DNA of 63,529 nt, counting the filler, from Vannella sp. (lineage: Eukaryota): NCBI GenBank assembly GCA_023345925.1. It is 8 parts of 8 records of this genome, joined end to end, with 100 filler letters (N's around TTAATTAATTAA, not from the genome) between each part and the next. Parts side by side here need not be neighbours in the genome. Positions count along the whole stretch, not along the records: positions 14,446 to 22,983 come from JAJQQN010000348.1; positions 23,084 to 28,790 come from JAJQQN010000245.1; positions 28,891 to 37,733 come from JAJQQN010000206.1; 5 more parts are not named here. One strand, 5' to 3'. The notes under the pieces were generated by a model. It saw nothing but the letters and a program-made list of their open reading frames with translations, ran no database searches and was not told where the DNA came from. Below are positions 19,749 through 31,718 of the stretch, piece by piece (positions within the stretch are counted from its first letter, which is position 1; every line of letters starts with the position of its first letter). The translations under genes were made by a program, and so were the position numbers.

Positions 19749-22252
19749 ATGAAAATGAAAGAAAGTAAATCAGAAACTCCTTTGTTGGTGGGAATGGACT
19801 TTGGGGAGGTTCTGGCGGCGGGTCCTTTGCGGAAGCAGCATTCTTTGCTTCCTCAGTTTGAGAGCTTCTGGTTTGTTCTGTGTGTTAAGAGTATGAGATA
19901 CTATGCGACTGAGGAGGGTAGGTGCTTGGGGACACTACTGGGGAGGAGATGTTGATGGTTCAGGCAGATTTTAGGTTGAAAGGAAGAGCTGCCGCGCTTG
20001 GGACTCTCCAGATAGACGATCTGTGCGAAGTTGACATAGAAGGGGACCTTATCTACACTCTACAAGTCGCTTCAACACTAAGGAGGTACCGTTTGATGGC
20101 TGACTCGCCAAAACTGCGTAATTCTTGGCTCTTCCGACTGCAAGAATGCCTCAGAAACCATTCTACAAGTCAGAAAGCACTTCTGATGCCATTCTTGCGT
20201 CTTACAATTCCACCTCCCGACCAGTTGCTCTCTCCCCGCTGGCAAGCGCCATCCTCAGAACCCGAAAAGCCTCCTCTTGGCTCTCCTTTTTGTGATGAGG
20301 GCCTCCTTCAACTACTTGAAGCCTCTGAGGCAAAGTCTGAGGGACAAGATACTCCCGCCGTGTTTGAAGCAGGAAAAGAGAGTGCCGGAGGGACAATTGG
20401 GAGAAGAAGAGGACATTTGAGAGCGGGATTGATGGTTCGCCGTCCTCCAGAAGTAGTGCCCGCTTTAGCTCCGTATCAACTACGAGGGGAAACCTTTGTT
20501 TGGTCCAAGGAAATGGTCGATATCATTCATATGGGCGAATCAGAAAGCTCCCGTTTGAGTTTTCTGGATGAATTGGAAGGGCCAAGTGGTGGACTTCCAG
20601 TTTTGAGCACATTAATGCTTGAAGGAACACTTTATTTGAGCTCTTTGAGAGTTCTTTTCATTCCTTCAGCGCTAACGGACAATGAAAAGCTGGCTCAATG
20701 GCCAATGGACAGTCTCCATGAGCCTTGGCTCCATGAAAACTACGAAACAGTGAGTCAGTCAGCACCAGATAAGCTCCCAAACTTCCCAAAGACGCCTTGT
20801 CGACACCCGTTTGCCCAAATTCCAATCGTTTCACTTGTGAAGATGGAGAAGCTTTCTCAAAAAGTGAATGGGCTCCGAGTCAAGTGTTTAGAGTTTGTCA
20901 CTGGATTTGGACGCTCTGTTGTGTTATCATTCCGCAGTTGTGCAACTGAGAGAGAGGAATTCCTCCTCAAATTGGCCCAAATTACTCCAAACGAAGTCAA
21001 TGATGTTTTCGGAGCTCTCCATCTTCGCCGTTTTGCGTCTGCGTTCCCGCTCTTTCCTTTGTCCAGCCAATCTATTTATCAGCCGTATGACTTGAACAAA
21101 GCTTTCTGCTCTTGGGTGAACCAAAAGGTCACTCAAGTGGATTGGAGACTTTCAACTGACAATCTTGAGTATGAGCTTTGCCCTTCATACCCTGGTATCA
21201 TTATTGTTCCTTTTGGACTATCAGACGAAGTCATACGGAAGGCTTGTCGCAATCATGTTGGAGGTTGTCTCCCTGTTGTGAGTTGGATTCATGCGAAGCG
21301 AAAATGCGCTCTTCTCCGAAGCTCCATCAGCGTAGAACGCAACGTGGAGGACGATCTTTTGCTCAAAGCATGTGCAGAGTCTAATCCATATTCTCAGACT
21401 CTCTTCGTGTTTGATTTGAGGTCAAAACAGCAATCTCTGACCAAAAAGGGAATCGCAAGACCATTTGTGTCTGTTCGCTCATTGGCATTGCCATTACCTT
21501 CAGAGATCCAAGACAGCTGGTTGAAGCTCCACTTTGCTCTATCAGAAGCTCTTTCTCCCCTCTATTTGTCGCATCTCTACCAGAGCAAGTGGTTACAGAA
21601 TCTTCAAGGACTTCTTTCTGCGGCCTCTGGAATAGCGGGTTTGATGGAACTAAAAGGGAACTCGGTGCTTCTTTGTGATGCCACTGGCTTTACTCAAGTG
21701 CCTCAATTGAGCTCACTTATCCTACTGATGCTCTCGCCGCACTTCCGTACCATTCAAGGCTTCTGCCACTTGATTGAACGAGAATGGCTGCAAATGGGGT
21801 ATCCTTTTGCTACTCATTGTGGTCATTCGTATGCGAAGAGGAAAGAGCAAAGTGAATTGTCTCCTCTCTTCATCCAGTTTCTAGATTGTGTGTGGCAACT
21901 CGTTCAATTGTATCCCCAACGCTTTGAATTTAACGAAGCCTTCCTAGTAGCCTTGGCCCTGGCACCTTACGAAGGACTATTTAGCACATTCTTGGGAGAC
22001 TGCGAATCTCAAAGGGCTTCTTTTCGCAATCCCAATCGACTTTCGGACTCCTTATGGATCTACCTGTTCAGTAATCTCCCCCGATACCAAAGTCCGTCTT
22101 ACCAAAGTGGTGGATGCCATTTGTTAGCCCCGAGATTGGGAGTAGGCCACCTTGGCGTTTGGTCAACTTTGTACCAGCGTTGGAGTCCTTTGCAAGCTCA
22201 ACCCTCAACCCAACTCTCTCAATCCCTTTTCCTACCAGAACTGGTCTCTTAG
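19749..22252 (+). CDS. Myotubularin-related pseudophosphatase with N-terminal PH domain
   Basis: Intron 19918-19967 (50 nt) joins the PH exon; YELCPSYP, FRTIQGFCHLIEREWL, SPLFIQFLDCVWQL, FEFNEAFL; catalytic loop degenerate. Confidence 0.85.
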
Positions 22253-23083
22253 TCCCTGTTATTGTCTACGGCTGTTGATGCCAGAGACACTCACAACTTG
22301 ATGGAGAACAGATTTATACAGTATATGGTGCACACTCTTCACTCACTGCAACACACCAAAGCATTCCCTTCCCTCTATCCAGGCATAAATGAACTCAAGT
22401 CACTCGTCTAAATACCATTGCGATGTGCGCAGCACTTCAAAATGACTTGTTTAGACATTTCCTGCCGAGCCCACACCACGCACCCAAGTTGAAGCTGTCG
22501 GTATTCCCAAAAAGATGGACAAAAGGAGCCGCTCCGGGATCCCCAAAGTGCGCGCTCGATCAGAGAAGATATTGACACCCTTGGGTGCTTCGTACATCAC
22601 TGCAGTGGCTTGTCCCAAGGTTGGGACGATGATGACCAATGACATCACATCAGGGGTACGTTTAGGCTCATTTGAACATCCCTCCAAAAGAAGGAAAAGT
22701 AGGCCTCTTAAAATCATATAAAATCACCATTTGGATCGGTGCCAGTCGAACAAGAAGCTCTTTCATCGGAGGCCAGCGGACGTTGAGAGGGGCCGTGAAC
22801 TCTATCAATAAACCAGGTGTTTATGTTAACACAATCTAGAACCCTCGACGGCCACTGATGGGTTCCTGGGCCTTTAGTGAATAGCGGAATCTTGGCCGCA
22901 GATAAGGGAATCATTATTCTTTGGTGGGGCTTATGACTTTGTAAGGCACACCCATGCCCCGTTCCATGAAGAAGTCTCGGAGANNNNNNNNNNNNNNNNN
23001 NNNNNNNNNNNNNNNNNNNNNNNNNNNTTAATTAATTAANNNNNNNNNNNNNNNNNNNNNNNNNNNNNNNNNNNNNNNNNNNN

Positions 23084-26000
23084 TTATTGTACAAGGCGCT
23101 TGTCTTGGATGAGAGAGGCGAGATGCCGCAACATTCCAGCGAAGGGTTGAAGTGAATCCGGTGCCGCAGGTGAGGGCGCAGGAGCGCCGGAAAGGCGTTC
23201 AGCAGCGTGAGCAAAGGATGCTTCGTACGAGTCGAGAATGCGCTCATAAGCAGGGGCGTAGGGCGAGGAGGGATCAGCTTGGAGGAGTCCGTACTCATAA
23301 GCAGCATCGTCATACAGCTGGAGCGCATTTTCCACAGCGTTTTGCAGAAGACTGATTGCGCTCTGGTGGCGGGACATCAAGTCGTATGAGCCAGCGCCGT
23401 CAGTATCTTCCTCTGCGGGCGGGTCCAACGGGAGAATCTCTTCCGCTTCCTCCATTTCGTCCATCTCCTCCGTTTCAGAGGTCTTGGCTTGTGTCTCCTG
23501 CTCAATAAAGCTACCAGGATCATTTATCACCAAAGCTGGCTTCTCAGAAAGGAGGAGGGCACCCTCTTTGAGGGTTTCTGGATCTTCCGTTTGTGTGAGA
23601 CTTTCCAGATTGTCCTCTGACTCATTCACTGGAAGATCTGCGCCTTCTTCAGGACCTACGCTATCACCATTGAGCGACAGAGTGAGTTCTGAGTCATCTT
23701 CCAAATCGATCAAGAGAGAGTCTTCGGCCTCCTCTTCGTCTTCTTCTTCGTCCTCCACGTGAGGCAGGGACCATTCCCCTTCCAATGCAATTGCTTTCGC
23801 AACTGATTGCGATTCACCTCCAAGAGGAGAAGCTTGCATCGGTGTCCCAGCTTGGAATGGGCTGGAGCTGGCCTCTTCTTTGGTTGCACCAAAGAGACTG
23901 CGCAGCATTCGTGCGCTCCTCATCTTCGCTCCAGAAGGTGATGGAGAAGGGGACGCGCTACTAAGATAGGCATGGGAGAGGCTGGCACGCCCAGGGTTGG
24001 CAGGGCTCGGCGCCATCTCGGCAAAGTGGCCAAAGTTGAAGAAGTCTTCGTCCCCTTGGCTCTCGAGAGCGCGGGCGAGCGCGGCACTGTCCTTAACCAT
24101 CGGATTCCCATTATTAGAGGGCTCAATGGTGAGTCTTCGCAGTGCCTGTTGAGCAGCATCATCCGAAGGAGCAAAGAACGAGGCCAAGTCAGCGACCACA
24201 CTGGGTACAGGAGCTACTTCCTTCAGCCCGAGGCCACTTATCAGTGACTGTTGGATGTTCGACGCCGTTTGCCAAGCAGCAGGCGGCAGAGAAGGAGTAG
24301 GAGAAGGTTCGTTCTCTTGTAAAGGGGTTTCGCCCGCCAGCATCTCGACCAATGAAGGGGCCAACCGCCAGGTGAACATCAGACCATCAGCAGATGCCGC
24401 GTACATACGAGACGAGCAAGGAGAGAAGCAAGCAGCAGTCATAAAAGAAGGTCCTTGAGCGACCATAAGACAGCGAGAGGGAGAACCATCCAGAGAGGAG
24501 TTCTCCTTGTCAGCATGGGCCGCAGGCATCTCATAGAGACGTATGGCTTTGTCAGTACTACTGGCAAGCACATGCCGGCCACTTGGGTGTAGATGCAGCT
24601 TGATGACATCCTCTGACTCCGTTGTGACCGGCACTGCAACACCAATAGGCTTTGCTGTGGACAAGCTGAAGCGGCTAATCTTCCTGTCCTTTCCACTGGC
24701 TATGACAGAGCCCGTAGTGGAGTCAAGAGCCAAGTCATAGACAGTACCAGAGCATCGAACCTGCCCGGTCCTCTCGAGAGGAGCTCCGCCAGCTCCCAAA
24801 GTGCGGAAGAGGATGGACTTGTCTGCTCCACAGCTGATGCAATGAACAGTGCTGGGGCTCTCTGACACGCTGAACTTGACAGCAGTGATGGAGGAAGTGT
24901 GGTCGTCCAATGTGGTCAAGTGAGGGTACTGCGGAGATCCTTCAGCGGCTGCGGCATCGAACAGATGGATCAACCGATCTCTACCAGAGCTAGCCAACAG
25001 AGGCTGACTGGCTGACGCGGGAGTAAAGGCCAAAGACAATACCTCCGAGTCATGTGCCTCTTTGAAGTCGATTAGATCGAAAGAGGGCAGCTGGTGCACT
25101 CGAATGTTGCCCTGGCGATCACCAGACGCCAAACGATGCCCATCAGAAGACACAGCAAGGCAGCGGAGGCCAGCAGAGGCGGTATCGGCACTCCTTCGGA
25201 GTCCTTGGAAAGAAGGATCCACGCTTACCATGGCTTCTTGTTGCCCTGTGAGAGGATCCCATGTGCGGATAGTGTTGTCTGCAGAGCAAGTCACTAAAGA
25301 GCGGCTCCCCGAGTCTGTTGGAGGCAACAAGTGCATGTCCCAGACACATTGAGCGTGTCCTTGAAGTACTAGGTTCCTGCGCACTTTTGGGAAGGCAGCT
25401 ATTGACCAACTGATGAAGCTACCATCAGAGTACATTGTGTACAGCTGAGGGGAGGTGCAACGACTGACTACACAGGCCATGACGTCGGCAAACACTTCTG
25501 TGTTGGCATGTTGCAGTGGGGAGGGCTTGGGTGTCGCTCCAAGGCATTCCAGGGTCTTTCTATCAATCACACGTACCAGACCATCACCTAAACCCACGAC
25601 AAGGAAGCGTTCACACGCTGTAAGAGTGTAAACCGTTCCTGTTTTGACAGTTATGGCCTTCTCTACGGTCAGGCGATGGCGTCCATTGGAGAGTGACATC
25701 ATAAGTTGACAGAGTTGGCCATCATCAGTCACTGCGTAGCAACGATCACCCCAGCAAGCAACATCCACAAAGTTGGCGCTTCGAAGATTGCCAAGGAGAG
25801 CTGATCCAGCTGGAACAGCAGCGCTCTTACACTCAGTAGAAGACTCGTGAGCATCACTTACACGAGAGCGTGACATTCGCCGGGTATCTGGCGCCATTAG
25901 ACTGGCCACGGACCAGGTCTTCAAGTGAGCAGGTCCAGAAGTCACAAAGAAGCGGTTTCCTGGTGAGTAGGCGCAAGCTGAGATAGATCCCTTGTTCCTT

Positions 26001-26587
26001 TGTGTCAAGATGGGAGCCAAGTCCATGGGAGGAAGTAGATCCGACCGGCGAAGGTGTGCTGAGGCGTCCCATAGGCATACTGTCGCGCCTTCTGGCTGTT
26101 CTGTAGCAGCCATGATGATCCCATTGCCTTCAGCAATGGCAATCACATGTATTCCAAAGCGTTGGCCAGTCAGACGAGCCACAGGGAAAGGTTTTCTTGA
26201 TGAACGAGGTCCTCCCAGCTTCCACAGTACCACGGCAGGGTCTTTACCACGTTCACCAACAGCCAAGAAGCGACCATCAGGCGAGAAGCTCACAGAGAGG
26301 AGGGTCTTGTGGCCAGGGTTGCGCAAAAAGTGAAGTTGTTTGTTCTCGACGGGGTCAAAGAGGATGACCACGTTCCCTGCGATGTAAGCGATCTGCTCTG
26401 CACTGGGATGTACAGCGAGAGATGCGTTACTCTTCACAGTGTTGCCTACAATCCTCTCAAGCACGGCATTCTTGTCTGTCAAGTTCAAAGCCGGCGCAGC
26501 GATGCTTTTCGTTCCTGCACCCACACGGGGCAGCACTGAGGACTTCCTAACCTTGGTCTTTGTTGTTGAAACTCGCGGCTTCATCAT
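23084..26587 (-). CDS. WD40-repeat protein, WDR62/MAPKBP1-like
   Basis: LERIVG, IAYIAGNVVILFD, LASGDRQGNIRV, AHDSEVLSL, LASSGRDRLIHLFD, TLDDHTSSITAVKF, SCGADKSILFR; acidic linker and C-terminal helices. Confidence 0.88.
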   Translation of the reverse strand: MMKPRVSTTKTKVRKSSVLPRVGAGTKSIAAPALNLTDKNAVLERIVGNTVKSNASLAVHPSAEQIAYIAGNVVILFDPVENKQLHFLRNPGHKTLLSVSFSPDGRFLAVGERGKDPAVVLWKLGGPRSSRKPFPVARLTGQRFGIHVIAIAEGNGIIMAATEQPEGATVCLWDASAHLRRSDLLPPMDLAPILTQRNKGSISACAYSPGNRFFVTSGPAHLKTWSVASLMAPDTRRMSRSRVSDAHESSTECKSAAVPAGSALLGNLRSANFVDVACWGDRCYAVTDDGQLCQLMMSLSNGRHRLTVEKAITVKTGTVYTLTACERFLVVGLGDGLVRVIDRKTLECLGATPKPSPLQHANTEVFADVMACVVSRCTSPQLYTMYSDGSFISWSIAAFPKVRRNLVLQGHAQCVWDMHLLPPTDSGSRSLVTCSADNTIRTWDPLTGQQEAMVSVDPSFQGLRRSADTASAGLRCLAVSSDGHRLASGDRQGNIRVHQLPSFDLIDFKEAHDSEVLSLAFTPASASQPLLASSGRDRLIHLFDAAAAEGSPQYPHLTTLDDHTSSITAVKFSVSESPSTVHCISCGADKSILFRTLGAGGAPLERTGQVRCSGTVYDLALDSTTGSVIASGKDRKISRFSLSTAKPIGVAVPVTTESEDVIKLHLHPSGRHVLASSTDKAIRLYEMPAAHADKENSSLDGSPSRCLMVAQGPSFMTAACFSPCSSRMYAASADGLMFTWRLAPSLVEMLAGETPLQENEPSPTPSLPPAAWQTASNIQQSLISGLGLKEVAPVPSVVADLASFFAPSDDAAQQALRRLTIEPSNNGNPMVKDSAALARALESQGDEDFFNFGHFAEMAPSPANPGRASLSHAYLSSASPSPSPSGAKMRSARMLRSLFGATKEEASSSPFQAGTPMQASPLGGESQSVAKAIALEGEWSLPHVEDEEEDEEEAEDSLLIDLEDDSELTLSLNGDSVGPEEGADLPVNESEDNLESLTQTEDPETLKEGALLLSEKPALVINDPGSFIEQETQAKTSETEEMDEMEEAEEILPLDPPAEEDTDGAGSYDLMSRHQSAISLLQNAVENALQLYDDAAYEYGLLQADPSSPYAPAYERILDSYEASFAHAAERLSGAPAPSPAAPDSLQPFAGMLRHLASLIQDKRLVQ

Positions 26588-26840
26588 CACAACCGCTGGT
26601 CCCCGCTCAACCAAACAAATGGGACGAACGAGTCTTGCCCACCCTTCCCGCCCTTTTTCCCGCCCTTTTTGAGCCCCGAGAAAAGGCTTTGAAAACACAA
26701 TCCAATAAGCGGAATGGGATTTTTACATGTTTTGAGGGTTTCGAAGTTTTTCAACTGATTTGATCAAACCAACGGGAAGAGATCCATCAACTTCTGGTGG
26801 TCTTGTGCCGTTCAGACTCTCTTGTTAGTGCAATGGAGCT

Positions 26841-27921
26841 TTATTCGTCCTCGTCTTCGGGGCCGGAGCTCTCGTTGTCGTCCCCTTCTTGGTCTTCAGC
26901 GTCGTCCTCGGGTTCGGGAGTGGAGGGAATGGCTGGGAGTGCATTGAAGATTGGGAGGGCAGGGGATGCTCCGGTCTTGAGGAAGAGAGCAAGAACGTTG
27001 TCCCACTCGTGAATGTACAGGCTGGTGATCAACTTCATGGCGGCGATGACATTCTCCGCCACTTCTGCTGCAGATTGTCCGGTATGACCGATCTTAACGT
27101 TCCTGTAGCAACCATGATGAGTCACTTCATAGATGTGCAAGAGCCATTAGAGAACCTACAAAGTCAGCCCAGAGCCGCGAAGCAGCCGCGTGCAGCGGAG
27201 AGCTTTCCCCATTGCTTCCGCCACGTTCCCTTTGTTGATCTGGATGAGAGCAGGGTTCCTTCATCAACACATTAGCACACTATCAAAGCCAGTGCCCTTC
27301 AAAGGAAAGGAGCAGCGTACTTCTTGCGTGCGAAGAACTCAGTCCCGATTAAAGGAGGAAGAAGAGCTTTGATCTTCTCATCTGCAAAGAACAGGTCGTA
27401 GGAGGCCACTAGCTTCCTTCGAGACTCGTAAGTAGCAAAGCGCTTCTTCAGTTTCGTCAGGCTGATCACCTTTGGATCACCCAGCCCGTTAGGATCTCGT
27501 TCCCAGGCCAAAGAGGGGAGCCAAACCTTCGCTTCTGGGTACTCCTCTTTGAACATCTCCTTGTAGTCGGCTTGGGGGTCCTTGGTGAACACGCAAACCT
27601 CGATTGGGTCCGCTTCGTAGAGCGGGTGAGGAAGAGGGCTGGGGGCGAAAGGTCAGTGAGCTGTATGGTGAGACAGTGGAGGCTAAGGAAGACGAACATG
27701 AGCAAGGGCTTTGCTTTAGAAGGTCCCATCGACTTGTTGAGTGTGATCTGAAGGTCAAAGAACTCCACCTGCTCTAACAAAGGCGTCTTCTTCACTTTGC
27801 TTTGCTGTTTCAGCCAAACATTCAACGCCTTCACCGCCTTCTTGATCTACCCCACCCCATCAGCCCCTGCCACACCACTCCACCATCCCCATCCCATCAA
27901 ACGCACTTGATCAGCTTCCAT
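26841..27921 (-). CDS. RSL1D1: Ribosomal L1 domain-containing protein (RSL1D1/UTP30-like), multi-exon
   Basis: VISLTKLKKRFATYESRRKLVASYDLFFADEKI..LLPPLIG; WDNVLALFLKTGASPALPIF; several GT-AG introns. Confidence 0.82.
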
Positions 27922-28023
27922 CGACACGACGCCACCAAAAAGTGAACTTTTCACTTCCCAGCCCTTCTTTATTACATTTGCAAGTATTTAATTCGGGTGG
28001 CATTCATTGGAGGGGTCATTTGA

Positions 28024-28784
28024 ATGGCGGCCGAGGTGGACTACGCGGACATCGTGGACAAGGCTGTGAGGGTGATTATGGACTTTCCTAAGGAAGGTGA
28101 GGGTGTTGTTGTTGGTAGGTATCGTAGGGGCGACTGAACGTGGGGTTAGGCATTGCCTTTCGGGATATCTCCACTCTGCTGGCCGATCCGTTTGCTTTTG
28201 CGGCTTGTATCGACGGGCTGGCTCGCGCTCTCGAAGGTGTCGAGTTCTCAGCACTGGCAGGTACTGTGGTGTCTCTTGTGGAGGCTTGTGGAGCGCTTTG
28301 CTGACATGTTGGGGGCAGGGATTGAGGCGAGAGGCTTCCTCTTCATCGCTCCTCTTGCGTTGCGTTTCAAAGTCAAGCAAGTGATGATTCGAAAGCCCAA
28401 CAAGCTTCCAGGTGATCCTTGCAGTCCCCTGATGTCCAAAGGGGAGCTTCTCACACAAATGAAGGAGCGAAAGTGTCCTTTGAGTACCAGAAGGAGTACG
28501 GTACCGACGTTTTGGAGATGGCTGAAGGTGTACTGGGTTCTGGAGAGAAGGTTGTTGTCATTGATGATCTCCTGGCCACTGGAGGCACCGCCTTGGCAGC
28601 ATGCAAGCTTATCCGTGAGTTGCAGACGGGCTGAGGAGGGCTGCACGATCTCATTCCTCTCTTAAAAGGGCATTCTGGAGCTCAGGTAGTAGCTTGTGTG
28701 TTTCCCATTGAGCTGAGAGGACTGGAAGGCCGCAGGTTACTGGAGGAAGAGGCAGTGAAGGTCTGCTCCCTCCTTCTCACCTAA
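28024..28784 (+). CDS. APRT: Adenine phosphoribosyltransferase, multi-exon
   Basis: [53 protein letters not shown]. Confidence 0.92.
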
Positions 28785-28890
28785 CAGACTNNNNNNNNNN
28801 NNNNNNNNNNNNNNNNNNNNNNNNNNNNNNNNNNTTAATTAATTAANNNNNNNNNNNNNNNNNNNNNNNNNNNNNNNNNNNNNNNNNNNN

Positions 28891-29322
28891 CTATGCACGA
28901 GAGAGGATCCCCTGCGGCGACCCTCCTTCGAACAGATTGTCTCCGGACTGGTCGGTCTTCGAGAGCAGATGCGTCCAGAGGCCCCTCCCATCCCAGGATG
29001 GACCCCTCCAGCTGAACCAGAACCTATACCAGCAGCTCAAGTGATGATGGCTGCCCGCGGAGGGTCCCGTCGGCAACGGATTGTCGACAAGAAGGCACGC
29101 TTAGCAGCCATGCAGGAAGTCGCCCTCACAGACTCACAAGAGCGTGAGCGCCTCCCTGTGGACCGCTCTGCCACAGATGACCCGCGCAGGACCTTTGCGA
29201 GAAGGAGAAGTCACTCAGCCAACAGTCTTCTGTCTTCGATGGGGAGTTCCGAGTCCCTTCCCAACAGCCCCTCCAGGTTGACAGAATCGGCCTCCACCAA
29301 ATCGACCAAGGAACCTTCGTAA
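28891..29322 (+). CDS. C-terminal fragment of a protein kinase (TKL-like), 5' truncated
   Basis: Frame open from the contig edge reads [17 protein letters not shown] (kinase subdomain XI), then a Pro/Ser-rich tail. Confidence 0.6.
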   Translation, partial: LCTREDPLRRPSFEQIVSGLVGLREQMRPEAPPIPGWTPPAEPEPIPAAQVMMAARGGSRRQRIVDKKARLAAMQEVALTDSQERERLPVDRSATDDPRRTFARRRSHSANSLLSSMGSSESLPNSPSRLTESASTKSTKEPS

Positions 29323-29407
29323 GAGCGTTGGGAGTTCATTCCAAAGCGGTTGGAAACTAAACTTCCAGTTGAAGAACACCAAACCACTTGTCCGGAGGCG
29401 CGCTCTC

Positions 29408-31451
29408 TTAACGGGCGAACTGACGCTTGTCGGACTGCTTCTTCCCGTACGGATTGGCAGAGTTGAAACCGCTCTTGCCCTTGTTGTAAGTGGAACTTCC
29501 AAAGCCACCGCCGCCGCCTCGTCGCTCCGTCTTCTTGCCTGCATGTAGATCTGGGCATTCACGGTTAGCATCACTGCTAGGACAGTGGTGAGGAACGTAC
29601 TGAGGTCCACACGGGGTGGCACGCTGAAGCCAAAGGACTTGGCGACCTTCTGGAGGTCCAAATCGCTCACGTTAAAGGTCTCTTTGAGAGAGTGCGAGGC
29701 ATACGACTGTAAGTAGCAGCGATACGCATCTCGAGCAGAGACATGGAGATAGTGGTTCTTCTCCAAGAGGCTTTCCAGCTCCGACTGGACATTCGCTACC
29801 TTCTTGGCGGGTACTTCGTACTCATTCAGAGGTACTTTGGCCTCTTTCAGGTACTTGAGGAAGGTCAATTCAGAGGGGAGCAAGTACAAGAGTGCTCGTC
29901 CCTTCTTTCCAGCGCGGGCAGTTCGTCCCACCCGGTGAATGTACTCCTAAAGGTTGCTATTAGACTCATAGGAGGTGATGCGCTCCTCATCCATACCCGT
30001 GGATCATCTGGAGGATCGTATTGAAGGATCCAATCGACCTCAGGAATGTCCAAGCCTCTGGCAGCCACATCTGTGCACAAGAGGATGCCTGTCTTAGCGT
30101 TGCAGAACTCGAAGAAGGTGTTCGTTCGCTTTCGTTGCTTCTGCTTGCCCTACCAACCCCCCACAGTCAAAACATGTGACAAAAGGAGGAAAAGAGGCTC
30201 CCCGTACATGCAGATCGAGCACAGGAATGTCGATGTAGTTCAGGAGCTCGCCATAGTACTTCACTGCAGCGCAGGAGGACATGAAGACGATCACCTTCTT
30301 CTTCTTGTTCCTCTTCAAGAATGTAAAGAGCAACAGGAAGCGCGTGTCGCTTGGACATACAACGTATCCCTGTTCTAGTCCTTGGACAGTAGCTACTGTT
30401 GACTCGTCATGAACACCAACGTAGACTGGCTTGCTAGACAGCGACAGGTTCACCAAATCCTCGACCTTCTTGGTCTGTGTGGCAGAGAAGAGCATGGTCT
30501 GACGCTCTGGATGACCCCTGTTAGCACCAAAGCAGCAAGGGAATCAGAAGAACGGCGTACTCTTGGGGAGAAGGTGAATGATCGCTTTCAGCTCTTCCTC
30601 GAAGCCGATCTGGAGGATGCGGTCGGCCTCATCAATGATCAAGCACTTGAGGTGCTTGAAGATGAAGCCACGGGTACCTTGGAGATGGTCGAGAAGGCGA
30701 CCAGGAGTGGCGACGAGGAGACTGACTCCTTTGACCAACTTGTCAGCCTCCGCCTTGCGGTTAGCACCTCCGATCACGAGTCCATGTGTTTGAGAGTGGA
30801 ACGCCATCAAGTCTCGTACAACTCCGTACGTTTGGAGGGACAACTCGCGAGTGGGAGAGATGATGATCACGCCAGTACCTTCCCTAACGTTAGAAGAGGT
30901 CCTGAGTCTGAACAAACATTGAACCTACCATTACGAGGAAGGAATCGTGACTTGTGAAGGAGCTCGATGGCTGGAATGAGGAAAGAGAGCGTTTTGCCGC
31001 TCCCTGTGCGAGCCGCGCCCATCATGTCCTTGCCTGTGAGGAGTGGAGGGATGCTCTTGGCTTGGATCTCTGTCATCTTCACAAAGTTGTGCGCGTCTAA
31101 GGCACGGCGAGTAGGCTCTGAGAGATCCAGAGAGGCGAAGGTGTCGTCGGTGAGGATCGCGTCTAGTCCTGAGGAAGGAAGGCCACCAAGATCGTAGATG
31201 GTCCCTGCAGGCTCCTCGTATTCTTCTTTGTTCAGTTTCTTCTTCTTTTTTGGTGGTTTAGCTTCCTCCTCTCCTTCCTCCTCCTCTTCCACTGGATCGC
31301 TGCCCTCCTCCTCAAGATCGGGGTGTTCCTCCTCTTCCTGCTCCTCGCTGATGTCCTCTTCTTGCGTTAAAGCCTCCAAATCCTCTTGCTGGATCTCACT
31401 AAGCTTCCGCTTCCCCAACTTGTTCAACAAAGAAGGATGCACGGGCGGCAT
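29408..31451 (-). CDS. DDX18: DEAD-box RNA helicase HAS1/DDX18, multi-exon
   Basis: [59 protein letters not shown]. Confidence 0.93.
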
Positions 31452-31718
31452 GCTCACGAGAGAATGGCCAAAATCACTTCTGATACAACAGATGGAATTC
31501 AACCCAATTCAATTCATTTCATTCAGCTGATTTGGGGTTCATCAGGCATCTCCCGTTAAGGGAGTCAAATCTTATTGGTCGGAAATGCACCAATCATCTT
31601 CCTCCTCTGCCGCGCCTGGTCCAGCCAATGAGCATCAGCATTTCCACTACCACTTCTGTCAGTGGGGGCTTGGTGTGGCGTGTGGGGCTTGTGTGAGATC
31701 ATTTCTCTCGTGGGCTCG

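Noticed and set aside
22381..22983. Partial minus-strand gene at the contig end
   Set aside because: Coding-like, but no consistent exon chain or family could be supported
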